64,000 nt of DNA from Candidatus Woesearchaeota archaeon (GCA_026002815.1 BPGB01000001.1:54490-118489); one strand, 5' to 3'. Counted from the stretch's first letter, positions 25,411 to 35,824 are shown. A program made the numbers and translations. Notes: a model not told the origin generated them from the letters alone.

Positions 25411-26802
25411 TCATCCTAGACTTCCTTCCATTTCTAGTTCAATCAAACGATTCATTTCAACAGCATATTCTAGAGGTAATTCTTTGACTAATGGTTCTAT
25501 AAATCCTGAAACGATCATTTTTACTGATTCTTCTGCACTCAACCCCCTTGATTGAAGATAGAATATTTGTTCTTCAGAGATTTTTCCAACTGTTGCCTCA
25601 TGAACTACATCTGAATTTTTTTCTTCGACATCAATACTTGGATATGTGTTGCTTTGGCTTTTATTATCAAACATTAAGGCATCACAACTTACAGAGCATT
25701 TACTGTTTTCGGCTCCTTTAGCGATCTTTATTAAACCCCTATATGCGGTTATTCCCCCGTCTTTGCTTATGCTCTTGCTTTTTATTATTGAACTAGTATT
25801 TTTGGCAAGGTGATACACCTTCGCACCTGTATCTTGATTCTGATCATGACCTGCATACGCTATGCTTATATGATCTGCACGAGCATTCTCTCCGATTAAT
25901 AAAGACGTGGGATAAAGCATTGTTGTTCCACTTCCTAAATTTCCACCAACCCATTCTATTATGCCATTTTCCTCAACTATTGCTCTTTTTGTATTTAGAT
26001 TGAAAGTATTCTTTGACCAATTTTCAACACTTGAATATCTCATACGCGCATTTTTTTTGACATATATTTCAACACAGCCGGCATGTATTGAACTCATATT
26101 ATATAAAGGAGCAGAACAGCCTTCAATATAGTGGAGTTGTGAACCTTCATCAACAATTATTAATGTATGTTCAAATTGTCCTCCTTTTTTAGCATTCATT
26201 CTAAAATACGCTTGAAGGGGCATATCTACTTTGGTGTTTTTTGGAACATAAATAAATGTTCCTCCACTCCATACTGCTCCATGTAGTGCGGCAAATTTAT
26301 GTAAATTAACTGTAACATTTTTCATGAAATATTTTTTTACTAAGTCAGGATACTTTTGAACAGCAACATCCATATCTTCGAAGATGACTCCTTTTGATTT
26401 TAAATCATCACGAATTTTATGATATACTACTTGAGAATCATATTGTGCGCCTACTCCTGCCAGTGCTTTTCTTTCAGCTTCTGGAATCCCTAATTTCTCG
26501 AATGTTCTTTTTATGTTTTCTGGAACATTTTCCCATGAATCTTGATTGGGTTCAGCTTCTGGTATTACAAAATATGTTATTTTGTTTAGATCCAATTTTT
26601 CTAAACTTGGTCCCCAATTAGGCATTTTTAATTCTCTGAAAGTTTTTAATGCATGTAATCTCTTGTTTAACATCCACTCTGGTTCATTCTTATATTTAGA
26701 AATGCTTTTTACTGTTTCCTCATTTAATCCTTCTGGTGCTACATACTTATTTCTAATATTATCGTATTGGTCATACAATTCTCTTCTAATTTTTATTTCC
26801 AC
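25411..26802 (-). CDS. sufB: Fe-S cluster assembly protein SufB
   Basis: 463 aa with VHEATVGKISEEQIFYLQSRGLSAEES and GGQFEHTLIIVDEGS blocks. Confidence 0.9.
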   Translation of the reverse strand: MEIKIRRELYDQYDNIRNKYVAPEGLNEETVKSISKYKNEPEWMLNKRLHALKTFRELKMPNWGPSLEKLDLNKITYFVIPEAEPNQDSWENVPENIKRTFEKLGIPEAERKALAGVGAQYDSQVVYHKIRDDLKSKGVIFEDMDVAVQKYPDLVKKYFMKNVTVNLHKFAALHGAVWSGGTFIYVPKNTKVDMPLQAYFRMNAKKGGQFEHTLIIVDEGSQLHYIEGCSAPLYNMSSIHAGCVEIYVKKNARMRYSSVENWSKNTFNLNTKRAIVEENGIIEWVGGNLGSGTTMLYPTSLLIGENARADHISIAYAGHDQNQDTGAKVYHLAKNTSSIIKSKSISKDGGITAYRGLIKIAKGAENSKCSVSCDALMFDNKSQSNTYPSIDVEEKNSDVVHEATVGKISEEQIFYLQSRGLSAEESVKMIVSGFIEPLVKELPLEYAVEMNRLIELEMEGSLG

Positions 26803-26884
26803 TATTTCACCTTGAATATTTTATAAAATTGGTGTTGTTTTATAAAGTTATTATCTTTATACTGATATTTTTATTTTATATTAA

Positions 26885-27208
26885 TTATAATAACTTATTA
26901 CTTTTTTTGCTGCTTAATTTTAAACATTTAGGGCACATTTTTTTGGCATGTGAATCAACTATCTTTAGTATTGGTAGTATAGTGTTCTTGTTTAATGAGT
27001 ATATTTTTTGTTTTCCATTTCTTTTGAAAGTAACTATCTTACAATCATACATTTTCTTTAATGAATGACTAACTAAGCTTTGTTCTATTCCTGTTAGTTG
27101 AACAATTTGCATTACGCTCAAAGATTTTTTTAATAATTCTTGAATAATGGTTTGATTCGTAGGATTTGCTAGTGTCTGAAAAAAATCATTATATGATTTG
27201 CAAAACAT
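26885..27208 (-). CDS. ArsR/SmtB-family wHTH regulator with a C-terminal CxxC, heading the suf cluster
   Basis: LANPTNQTIIQELLKKSLSVMQIVQLTGIEQSLVSHSLKKM is ArsR-like. Cys residues are at MFC.. and CPKC. Confidence 0.75.
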   Translation of the reverse strand: MFCKSYNDFFQTLANPTNQTIIQELLKKSLSVMQIVQLTGIEQSLVSHSLKKMYDCKIVTFKRNGKQKIYSLNKNTILPILKIVDSHAKKMCPKCLKLSSKKSNKLL

Positions 27209-27264
27209 ATGAATATGTATTCATACTTGATTTATAAAGTTTGTGTAAGAGATTGTGTAAGAGA
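27208..27264. promoter_or_regulatory. Promoter region of the ArsR-suf operon. It holds an 8-bp-arm palindrome TATGAATA-TG-TATTCATA (27208-27225), a TATA box TTTATAAA (27231-27238) and a tandem 12-mer TTGTGTAAGAGA x2 (27241-27264).
   Basis: Read directly. The palindrome lies between the TATA box and the ATG. Confidence 0.5.
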
Positions 27265-27352
27265 ATATGTTTGAATATTACTATTAATAAGAATTCTGTA
27301 AGCTCCTTGTTTTTATAATTATATTATCATGTCCAATCATTACAATAATCCA

Positions 27353-27390
27353 ATTATTAGATATTTAAGAAATTATTAGATATTTAAGAA
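27353..27390. repeat. Perfect tandem duplication of 19 nt (ATTATTAGATATTTAAGAA x2) covering the stop codon of the gene at 27376-28437
   Basis: Read directly from the sequence. Confidence 0.8.
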
Positions 27391-28437
27391 CTCTTTCAAT
27401 TCATCTATGCTTCTTTTGTAGGATAAATACTCTTTCTCTGAAGGAGATATTCTATTATAAGCAATTTTTTTAACTATAGAAGCGTATGCCTTTGCTGCTC
27501 CTTGTTTTGATTTTATGAATGATTCTGCCTTTTCTTGCATTTTGCGTATTTCTTTTTCAGAGACCTTCCTTTCAAGTTCTTTTTCTAAATCGTATATATT
27601 GATTTTTCTAAGGAGACCGCTTTCTAGCAAACCATAATATGCATCTTTATTCCATAAATGATAATCTGTACCTGTTAATATTCTTTTTCCATAAAAAGCA
27701 GGCTCTAAAGGATTTTGACCGTCATAAGAATTTTCACCGAAAGTATTTCCCATCAACACTACGTCTGCTATAGAATAAAGTTTATCAAGTATTCCTTGTT
27801 CCTCTATAACTATGCAGTTTTTATTTCCTTTTAGAGAATGATTTGTTTCAAAATCTATATATCTTGCTATATCATCTAAGTATCCTTCTGTATATGGAAC
27901 TATTACTGCCTTAGATTTCTTGTTTTTGTATAAGTGATTTTTAACAGCAGGAAGAACATTGCTTAGCTCATGATAATGTATTGCTCCTGCAAAAATAATT
28001 TTCTCCTTTTCTCTTATTTTATATGATTCTTTTAATTTTAATATTTCCTCTTCATTTAATAATCTTCTTTCTTCGAATTTTAATGGGTCAATATGAAAAG
28101 TGAGTTCTTTTTTATTTTCATTATTTATTATACTATGATTATTATAGCTCAGTTTTATTGTTATGTTATTTTCTGAATTATTACTTGTTTTTTCTTTATA
28201 AGATATATTTGTTTTTATGTTATTAAAAGAAAGTTCTTTTAAAAGAATATCCGAATGAAATTTACTACCTGTTATTATTATTTTTTGGTTTGGTATGCTG
28301 TGTGATATTTCCTTAATTAATGGCACATATTGTTTTGCTGCAGCTATTCCATTAACAGGTAAAATTATTTTTTTATTTATTTGCATATTGTTTATTATAG
28401 ATATTGTTTTATTTAAAAATTTTATTTTTATAATCAT
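27376..28437 (-). CDS. Glycosyltransferase resembling the C-terminal half of Kdo transferase (GT30, WaaA/KdtA-like)
   Basis: YSIADVVLMGNTFGENSYDGQNPLEPAFYGKRILTG resembles the WaaA block (GGS...GGHNPLEPAA.G.P...GP). Assignment is from memory only. Confidence 0.45.
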   Translation of the reverse strand: MIIKIKFLNKTISIINNMQINKKIILPVNGIAAAKQYVPLIKEISHSIPNQKIIITGSKFHSDILLKELSFNNIKTNISYKEKTSNNSENNITIKLSYNNHSIINNENKKELTFHIDPLKFEERRLLNEEEILKLKESYKIREKEKIIFAGAIHYHELSNVLPAVKNHLYKNKKSKAVIVPYTEGYLDDIARYIDFETNHSLKGNKNCIVIEEQGILDKLYSIADVVLMGNTFGENSYDGQNPLEPAFYGKRILTGTDYHLWNKDAYYGLLESGLLRKINIYDLEKELERKVSEKEIRKMQEKAESFIKSKQGAAKAYASIVKKIAYNRISPSEKEYLSYKRSIDELKEFLNI

Positions 28438-28532
28438 TGATAAGTGATAAAATTATCTTATGATGATTAAAATTAATACAAACGAATATGTATTCCTTTA
28501 AAATTAATACAAATACAATAAACACACAAAAG

Positions 28533-29840
28533 TTAAGAAACCTTTTTAATAACCTCTGAAATATCTAATAATTCTTCTTTACCCGTATGTAGATTCTTTA
28601 ATTTAATTTTATTTTCCTTCAATTCTGAATCTCCAATAAATGCAACAAAGGGTATTTTTAATGAATTTGCATAATCTAAATTTTTAGATAGTCCCCTATT
28701 CATTAAATCAATATCAACATTTAAGCCAGCATTCCTAAGTTCAGAAGCAATAATTAAAGATTCCTTAAAAGTCTGTATAGGAATAATATACAATTGAGTT
28801 AATGTTCTCTTTCGTTCAATAGAAGAAAGTTTTAATGCATCAGTTATTGGCTCTAATCCAAAAGAGATTCCTACTGCAGGATAACTTCTCGCGTTTTCTG
28901 CGTACAAACCTATCATATTATCATATCTGCCACCGGCACAGATGCTTGATGTTATCTTTGAATTTTTAAGGAAACCCTCAAAAATAATTCCTGTATAGTA
29001 AGATAATCCTCTTGCTAGTGAGGGATTAAAAACAATTTTTCCAGATTCTACAAAACCTAAATAACCTATCAACTCTTCAAGTTCATTTAAACCATCAATC
29101 CCAATCTCAGAATTCATTACTTGTCTCAATTTATTTAATCTCTCATTAATGCTTCCATCTATGCTGAGTACTTCAAAAAGTTTTTTTATATGATCATCAT
29201 TCAATCCCTTATTAATAAGTTCCTCCCTTACAGAGTTGACCCCTTGCTTCTTTAATTTATCAATACTTATTATAACACTATCAATCAAATCATCAGGTAT
29301 ATCACAATAATGCATTATTCCATAAAGTACTTTTCTATTATTAAATTCTATATAATAGTCTAATCCTAATTTTTTAAGTCCTAATTCCTTGAAAACATCT
29401 ATAGCGAGAAGTATTAATTCTGCCTCGGCCTTTACAGAGGCGCACCCTGCAATATCAACATCACACTGCCAAAATTCTCTGTATCTTCCTAACTTTATAG
29501 GACCATCTCTAAAAACTCTGCCAATCTCATATCTTTTGAAAGGCATTTTTAATGTAGGATTCATAGCAATAACTCTTGAAAATGGAACAGTAAGATCAAA
29601 TCTTAATCCAAGATCACGATTTCCCTGATCCTTAAATTTAAATATCTCTCTTATTGCATCACTATCTGTTCCAGCAGCAAACTTTGCTGTCAAGGTATCA
29701 AGACGCTCAATTGAAGGAGTTTCAAGTGGAGAATAGCCATAACGCTGAAAAACAGAAATCATCTTATTTATTAAATCGTCTCGAAATATTTTATCTTCTG
29801 GAAGAAAATCTCTCACACCTTTAGCAAGTTCAATGTTCAT
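28533..29840 (-). CDS. hisS: Histidyl-tRNA synthetase
   Basis: Class II motifs FRYERPQ-like (FRDGPIKLGRYREFWQCD) and GGRYDNMIG. Size is 435 aa. Confidence 0.9.
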   Translation of the reverse strand: MNIELAKGVRDFLPEDKIFRDDLINKMISVFQRYGYSPLETPSIERLDTLTAKFAAGTDSDAIREIFKFKDQGNRDLGLRFDLTVPFSRVIAMNPTLKMPFKRYEIGRVFRDGPIKLGRYREFWQCDVDIAGCASVKAEAELILLAIDVFKELGLKKLGLDYYIEFNNRKVLYGIMHYCDIPDDLIDSVIISIDKLKKQGVNSVREELINKGLNDDHIKKLFEVLSIDGSINERLNKLRQVMNSEIGIDGLNELEELIGYLGFVESGKIVFNPSLARGLSYYTGIIFEGFLKNSKITSSICAGGRYDNMIGLYAENARSYPAVGISFGLEPITDALKLSSIERKRTLTQLYIIPIQTFKESLIIASELRNAGLNVDIDLMNRGLSKNLDYANSLKIPFVAFIGDSELKENKIKLKNLHTGKEELLDISEVIKKVS

Positions 29841-29956
29841 AACATAAAGATAAAATCATACTTTAAATATTTAATGAAAAAAATATCGACAAAATTTACT
29901 TAAAATATTAAAGAAAACATTACCTTTAAAAAAAGAAATCTTATTCCATAAAGTGA

Positions 29957-30065
29957 GGGAGTGTAGCGCAGCTTGGATAGCGCGGCAGCCTTCTATTCAG
30001 TAAAAAATATTTTAAAAAACTGAAAAGTAAGCTGTAGGTCCGGGGTTCAAATCCTCGCACTCCCG
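29957..30065 (+). tRNA. tRNA-Arg(UCU) with a 34-nt intron at the canonical 37/38 position (intron 29996-30029)
   Basis: Folded by hand. Acceptor stem is GGGAGTG/CACTCCC and D-arm is GCGC/GCGC. Anticodon stem is GCAGC/GCTGT with loop CT-TCT-AA. T-arm is CGGGG-TTCAAAT-CCTCG. The intron contains hairpin TTCAGT...ACTGAA. Confidence 0.85.
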
Positions 30066-30078
30066 TATTAAAGGATTT

Positions 30079-30165
30079 TCTATAACCTATTATGTAATTA
30101 TCTATAAAATCAATTATCTATAACCTATTTATACATTATAACTATAATCTATTTATACATTATAA
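30079..30165. repeat. Interleaved short direct repeats just 3' of tRNA-Arg: TCTATAACCTATT x2 (30079, 30117) and CTATTTATACATTATAA x2 (30125, 30149)
   Basis: Read directly from the sequence. Confidence 0.7.
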
Positions 30166-30244
30166 TTATCTTACATTATTATATTTTTAATATACTAAAA
30201 ATAATATCATAATATTTAAAAAACTCTTTAAATAACTTATCACA

Positions 30245-31315
30245 ATGAGTATTAACTGGAAAAATTGGCTTAATGGTTCATTTTTATTAATAGGTATATT
30301 TGGACTATATTTTATCTTAAAAGAACAAAGTCTTAAAGAAATATTGAATACTTACAAAAACGCCAATATAACAATTTTAATTCTATACATATTAGCTGTA
30401 TTGTCTATATTGCTTCTTTTGAATTGGAGGTGGAATTGTATACTTCAATCAAGAAAAATATATGTTCCTTTCAGAAAGCTTTTCATTTATAGGATAATTG
30501 GTATTAGTATAAATTTCCTTACTCCAGGTCCAAGAGTAGGTGGAGAACCAACACAAGCAACAATGCTAACGAGACACAAAATAGACTTTACAGAAGGACT
30601 AAGCACTATCATGATAGATAAAATAATAGATATTACTACTTCAGGCGTCCTTTTCCTAATAGGATTATCATTAGTAGGATTGAAATACAGTATAGCAGGA
30701 AAGTTTGGATTGATACTTCTCATTTGTGGATTAATATTTATTATATTAATAGTGTTATTCTATTATAGGATGCTTAATAGCAAGCATTTTTTCTTAAAAA
30801 TATTCCATATGCTAAAAATTTACAACATAAAAAGCAAAACATTAGTTAAGATAGAAAGAAAATTAGAAGAAATCGAAGGTATGATGATAGAATTTTACAA
30901 AAATAATAAAAAGTCTTTTATAAAAGCATTAACTATAAGCGTATTGTCCTGGGTTGCGATGTTTTTTGAATATAAATTTGCGGCGCAATTATTAGGATAC
31001 AATATAGGGGTTATAGAAATATTTTTTATAGTATCTTTTGTTGGAATGGCTATGTTGTTTCCAATACCTATGGCAATAGGAGTTCTTGAAGCCGGTCAGA
31101 TTTCCGCTTTTACATTGCTTGGACTTCCAATTAATGCGGGTATTGCATTAGCGTTTCTCGTAAGAGCAAAGGACATACTAATTTCAATTATTGGAGTATT
31201 ATTGTTGACATTTTATGGATTTCATGCTCCGAAGGTTGTAAAGAAAAAATATATAAGTAAAGCAGAACAATTAGATGATGGATTAAAGATAAAAAAAGTC
31301 TCGAAAAATAAGTAA
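30245..31315 (+). CDS. Integral membrane protein, lysyl-PG-synthase-TM / flippase-like (UPF0104-like)
   Basis: About 8 TM helices, typical size, and adjacency to glycosyltransferases. Confidence 0.5.
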   Translation: MSINWKNWLNGSFLLIGIFGLYFILKEQSLKEILNTYKNANITILILYILAVLSILLLLNWRWNCILQSRKIYVPFRKLFIYRIIGISINFLTPGPRVGGEPTQATMLTRHKIDFTEGLSTIMIDKIIDITTSGVLFLIGLSLVGLKYSIAGKFGLILLICGLIFIILIVLFYYRMLNSKHFFLKIFHMLKIYNIKSKTLVKIERKLEEIEGMMIEFYKNNKKSFIKALTISVLSWVAMFFEYKFAAQLLGYNIGVIEIFFIVSFVGMAMLFPIPMAIGVLEAGQISAFTLLGLPINAGIALAFLVRAKDILISIIGVLLLTFYGFHAPKVVKKKYISKAEQLDDGLKIKKVSKNK

Positions 31316-31488
31316 ATAAAAAATAATTGAAATGAATAATTATTGAATAGATAATTATTGAAATAAGTAATAGAATAAATAAAGAATAAAATAATAATGC
31401 TAAAGTGTTATTAGTTATTATAATTAAAGAATACATACTTTAAGAATAAGTAGAAAATATAATAATTTAAAGAATAATCTTAAACCTT

Positions 31489-32538
31489 ATGGCGAGAATA
31501 ATTTATTCAATAAACGGAGAGGGAATGGGTCACGCAACAAGAAGCATGGCCCTTATTGAAGAATTAAGAAATAAACACGACATACTAATAATAGCTGGTA
31601 GTTCAAGAATATATCCTTATCTTAAGGAATTACATCCAAAAGTAGTTATGTATGAAGGTATAAGAATAAGTTATAATCAAGACAAAGTTGATGATTATGA
31701 AACATTAAAAAAATATTTCAGATGGATATTAAAAGAGAGTCCTAAGAGTATAAAAAAAATTTATAGAACATTCAAAAAATATAATCCGGATATTTTATTG
31801 ACAGATTTTGAAGGAACAACATCTTATATAGCGAACATATTAAATATTCCAGTGGTCTGTATATGTAATGTTCATTCAATAACAAAACTAAAAAATATTA
31901 TCCCTAAGAAATACACTAAAGAATTACTTAAAGCAAAAATTGTAGTTAATACAACATTCCCAAAAGCAGATTATCACTTAATAACTACTTTTTTTTATAA
32001 TCCTGTAAGGAGAGAAAATGTTTTCTTGTTTCCGCCTATTCTAAGAAAAGAGCTTTTGAAATTAAAACCTAAATCTCTAGACTACATACTAGTATATCAA
32101 ACTGCAAGCACTAATAAAAAAATCTTTGATGAGCTTAAGAAGACAAACTATGATTATATAGTTTATGGGTTTGACATGGAAAAAAAAGATGAAAATTTAA
32201 CATTTAGAAAATTTAATAATAAAGAGTGGCTCAAGGATTTAGAAAATTGTAAAGCTGTAATAACAAACGGAGGTTATAGTTTAATATCTGAAGCGATAAG
32301 TTTACACAAACCAATACTTTCTGTTCCAATAAAAGGACAATTCGAGCAAATACTAAATGCACTTCATGTAAAGAAATTAGGATATGGAGAAATGTATGAT
32401 AATATAACTTCAAGTAATATTGAAAAATTTATTAATAACATACAAAAGTATGAAAAAAATCTTAAGAATTTTAAGACTGAAGATAATTCTCGTATTTTAA
32501 AAAAAATAGAAGAAATAATTGAAAAAGAATGTTCATAA
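31489..32538 (+). CDS. Glycosyltransferase (MJ1255/TIGR00661-like, GT-B fold)
   Basis: N-terminal IIYSINGEGMGHATRS and C-terminal ITNGGYSLISEA motifs. Confidence 0.65.
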   Translation: MARIIYSINGEGMGHATRSMALIEELRNKHDILIIAGSSRIYPYLKELHPKVVMYEGIRISYNQDKVDDYETLKKYFRWILKESPKSIKKIYRTFKKYNPDILLTDFEGTTSYIANILNIPVVCICNVHSITKLKNIIPKKYTKELLKAKIVVNTTFPKADYHLITTFFYNPVRRENVFLFPPILRKELLKLKPKSLDYILVYQTASTNKKIFDELKKTNYDYIVYGFDMEKKDENLTFRKFNNKEWLKDLENCKAVITNGGYSLISEAISLHKPILSVPIKGQFEQILNALHVKKLGYGEMYDNITSSNIEKFINNIQKYEKNLKNFKTEDNSRILKKIEEIIEKECS

Positions 32539-33644
32539 TATTTAAAGAAGGATTAAGGATATTCAAAAGAAATGTAGAAGTGAAACTATTTGGATTTAAA
32601 AAATTCTCAGGAAACTCTAGAGAAATATGTACAAATATAATCGATAAATGCTGGAATAATAAAATACTAACAACTACTGTTAATGGAAACTATTATTTTT
32701 ATTCGAGAGACTTTGGCATGTGTTCGGAGGCATTAATTGATTTAGGATACAAAGATAGAGTGATAAAGACACTAACTTATGTAATGAGATTATTTTCAAA
32801 ATATAATGCCATATATGTAGCGATTTCAACTAGGGAAATTCCTTTTAATTTTCCGAACAAATATAGCCCTGATTCTGTAGCATATATACTTAGGGCGATC
32901 AGAATTTCTAAAGATAAAAACATTATATTGAAGTATAATCAATTTCTGAATAAAGAGATAGAAAAATTTGAAGAAAGAGTTATAGACAAAAATAAAGGAA
33001 TTGTCAAAAACGAAAGTTTTTCTGGAATGAGAGACTATGAGATAGCAAATAGTTCTTGCTATGATATGATAATGGCGTGCTTACTTCATGACGAGATAGA
33101 AAGAATAAATTCTTTTATGAAAAAGAAAATACTCGATAATAAATTGAAAAAATATAATTTGAAAAATAATCTAATAAAATATTATTGGAATAAGAAAGGT
33201 TATTTTAATAATTCAATAGAAGATACTTCAATAACCGCTCACTGCAATATTTTTCCTTTTTGGCTAGGAATAATTAATAATAAAGAAATGTTAAAAAAAT
33301 CTCTTAAATCAATAGAAAAAGAAGGACTTATAGATCCATTACCTGCAAAGTACTCTAAGTCAAAGCATAAATTCATATGGCAGGAGATATTAGTTCCTAA
33401 CTGGGAATCTACTTCAATATGGAGTTGGTTAGGAATGACCTATATAGAATTGCTTTTAAGATTAGATAAAGAAGAACGTGAAAAGGCAAAAGAATATTTC
33501 AGTAAATACTCTGAATTAATATCTAAAAACGGATTTGTGGAACTATATGATGAGAAATTAAGGCCTTATAGTTCATTATTTTTTACAGCAGATAACACTA
33601 TGATATGGGCTAGTTTGTTTCTTTCGATTGAAAAGAAATTATAA
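32529..33644 (+). CDS. Hypothetical protein, possibly an (alpha/alpha)6 glycoside-hydrolase-like fold
   Basis: ORF overlaps the upstream glycosyltransferase gene by 10 nt. Only weak resemblance. Confidence 0.3.
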   Translation: MFIIFKEGLRIFKRNVEVKLFGFKKFSGNSREICTNIIDKCWNNKILTTTVNGNYYFYSRDFGMCSEALIDLGYKDRVIKTLTYVMRLFSKYNAIYVAISTREIPFNFPNKYSPDSVAYILRAIRISKDKNIILKYNQFLNKEIEKFEERVIDKNKGIVKNESFSGMRDYEIANSSCYDMIMACLLHDEIERINSFMKKKILDNKLKKYNLKNNLIKYYWNKKGYFNNSIEDTSITAHCNIFPFWLGIINNKEMLKKSLKSIEKEGLIDPLPAKYSKSKHKFIWQEILVPNWESTSIWSWLGMTYIELLLRLDKEEREKAKEYFSKYSELISKNGFVELYDEKLRPYSSLFFTADNTMIWASLFLSIEKKL

Positions 33645-33678
33645 TAAAATACGCTATCTCATTGTGCCATCCTATTTG

Positions 33679-34599
33679 CTATTCTATTATCTTAACTTCG
33701 AAATCTTCTATGTTAGGATATTTTATTCTTAATCTGTTCATTATCATATCTAATTCTTTTGCTGTTTTTACCTCTGCATTGAACGATAGTTCATAGTCTC
33801 CAATGTTTTCTTCTATTTTTGTTACATTTATTTCAGATTTTAATTGTTCTATAATATATTTCTTATTATTTGAATCGGAAATTTTTATATCAACATTATA
33901 TTTGCTGTATCCGAGAAGAGACGTGTTCAATATCGGGGTTGCTTTTAATAATATTTTTTCTGCGATTAAACGTTTGATTTTTGTTGTGACTGTTGATGCT
34001 GGAATATTGAGTTTCTTTGATATTTCCAATGTTCCTTCTAACGGGTTTTTTTCTATTAATAATAATATTTTTTCTTCGTCACTGCTTATTTCTTTATTTT
34101 TTGATATGCCTATCGTTGTTTCTTGCGTTATTTTATGTATATATTTTTTGCTTAGAAAAGTATTTTTATATATTATTGTGAAATTTTTTTCTTTAATATA
34201 TTTACCGTATTTATTCATTAATACATCATATTTTTCTAATAATTCTTTTTGATTCTTAACCCAGAAAGTTATTCTTATATCTGTTGTTCCTTGTATGAAT
34301 GGCATAACTTCTATTTTTTCTATACTTCTAAATTCTTTTATAATGTCTGTTTTTGTAGTTTCTTCTAAACGATGTAAGTTTATTAATAATGCGTATTGGT
34401 TGTATCCTAATGCATAATAGTCTATTATTGCTTTGTATCCTTCTATGAATCCTTCTTCTTGCATACGTTTTATTCTGTAGTTTGCAACTTCTTTGATTAT
34501 ACCGCAATTTTTTGCTATTTGTGATATGCTTGTTCTAGAATCTTTTTCTAATTCTGCTATTATTTTCAAATCTTTTTCATAAAGACGAAAATGGTTCAT
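33679..34599 (-). CDS. Transcriptional regulator with two Lrp/AsnC-type wHTH modules
   Basis: DLKIIAELEKDSRTSISQIAKNCGIIKEVANYRIKRMQEEGFI and EEKILLLIEKNPLEGTLEISKKLNIPASTVTTKIKRLIAEKIL. Confidence 0.7.
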   Translation of the reverse strand: MNHFRLYEKDLKIIAELEKDSRTSISQIAKNCGIIKEVANYRIKRMQEEGFIEGYKAIIDYYALGYNQYALLINLHRLEETTKTDIIKEFRSIEKIEVMPFIQGTTDIRITFWVKNQKELLEKYDVLMNKYGKYIKEKNFTIIYKNTFLSKKYIHKITQETTIGISKNKEISSDEEKILLLIEKNPLEGTLEISKKLNIPASTVTTKIKRLIAEKILLKATPILNTSLLGYSKYNVDIKISDSNNKKYIIEQLKSEINVTKIEENIGDYELSFNAEVKTAKELDMIMNRLRIKYPNIEDFEVKIIE

Positions 34600-34738
34600 A
34601 AAATTAATTATACTTCTTTTTATTTATAAATATATTGAATTTTGATAAAAAAATTAATAAAAAAATTTATATATTTAGTTTGTTATATAACTACTAATAA
34701 GAAGTAAAAAATAAACTAAGATATTAAAGGTGATATAA

Positions 34739-35785
34739 ATGAAAATGTACGTAATCAAAGCAGACATTCGATATTACGAGAATAAGATAAAATCTTTACA
34801 GGAAGAAAAGAAAAAGTTCTTTGAAGGTAATAAATCGGTATTGAAAGAATTATTTGATAACTATATTATAGGCCCTTTCGTAATAAGAAAATATGACAAA
34901 GAAATAAGAGCGTACGAATCCAAGATTACTCAGCTTAAACAAGAAAAGGAAAAAGAAGAAAAATTATTAGATCTTATTAATACTATGACTATGGAAGAAT
35001 ACTCAAAATTAGAATCAGAATTAAAGGAAAGAATAGATAAACATGTAAAAGCGGGTTATTGCGGATGCAGTAGAATTGATGCGAAAGATTTCATTATGAA
35101 CTATTTTAGAGATGAGAATGAAAATTTTATTACTACCATTAATAATGATCTTGAAGCAATAATCGCTTATAATCCTCTGAAACCAAAACTTTTCTCTTAT
35201 TGCAATGTGACAGAAAGCAGTACTGATTACCGTGATGAAAGTATAGAATTGTTTTTATCCCTAGCACAGAGCTCAGAAGTTGTTGTTTCAAAAATAAAAA
35301 AGACTACTGATGTTACTGATAAATTACTTGACACGATAGAATCACTCGTATCGGTAGCAGCAGACAAAGCAAGACACGACTATGATCTCGTTGTGAGTGG
35401 AGAATACAAGAAGCTGTTTTATCTGTTGCATGGTTTTTATAAGGGGGAATATAATTTTAATAAATATAAAAATTATTATGAAACTGCTTCAAATGTATTT
35501 CAAAGATTTGCTGAATCATTGGAAAGAGCTTCAGAAGAAGGAAGATATTATCACGCATATAGAATCGCCAAGATTATGAAAAAATTCGCATTAAATGATG
35601 AGATGAATCATGTAGCAACAGAATTAATGAAGAAGTATACCAAACAAGCAATACACGAGATATTATCCGATGAAAGCACCGATATGGAATTCAAGAGGAA
35701 GCGTCTTGAATATATTAGTTTGTCACAAAAATTCATGAACGAAATGTATCGGTTTAAAGAAATGACAAAAAAACCGACCAGTTAA
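34739..35785 (+). CDS. Hypothetical coiled-coil protein, 348 aa
   Basis: ORF with an SD-like AAAGGTGA upstream. No recognisable domain. Confidence 0.5.
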   Translation: MKMYVIKADIRYYENKIKSLQEEKKKFFEGNKSVLKELFDNYIIGPFVIRKYDKEIRAYESKITQLKQEKEKEEKLLDLINTMTMEEYSKLESELKERIDKHVKAGYCGCSRIDAKDFIMNYFRDENENFITTINNDLEAIIAYNPLKPKLFSYCNVTESSTDYRDESIELFLSLAQSSEVVVSKIKKTTDVTDKLLDTIESLVSVAADKARHDYDLVVSGEYKKLFYLLHGFYKGEYNFNKYKNYYETASNVFQRFAESLERASEEGRYYHAYRIAKIMKKFALNDEMNHVATELMKKYTKQAIHEILSDESTDMEFKRKRLEYISLSQKFMNEMYRFKEMTKKPTS

Positions 35786-35824
35786 AAAGTGTAGAAGAAG
35801 ATATTACCGTACATAATTAAGAAA

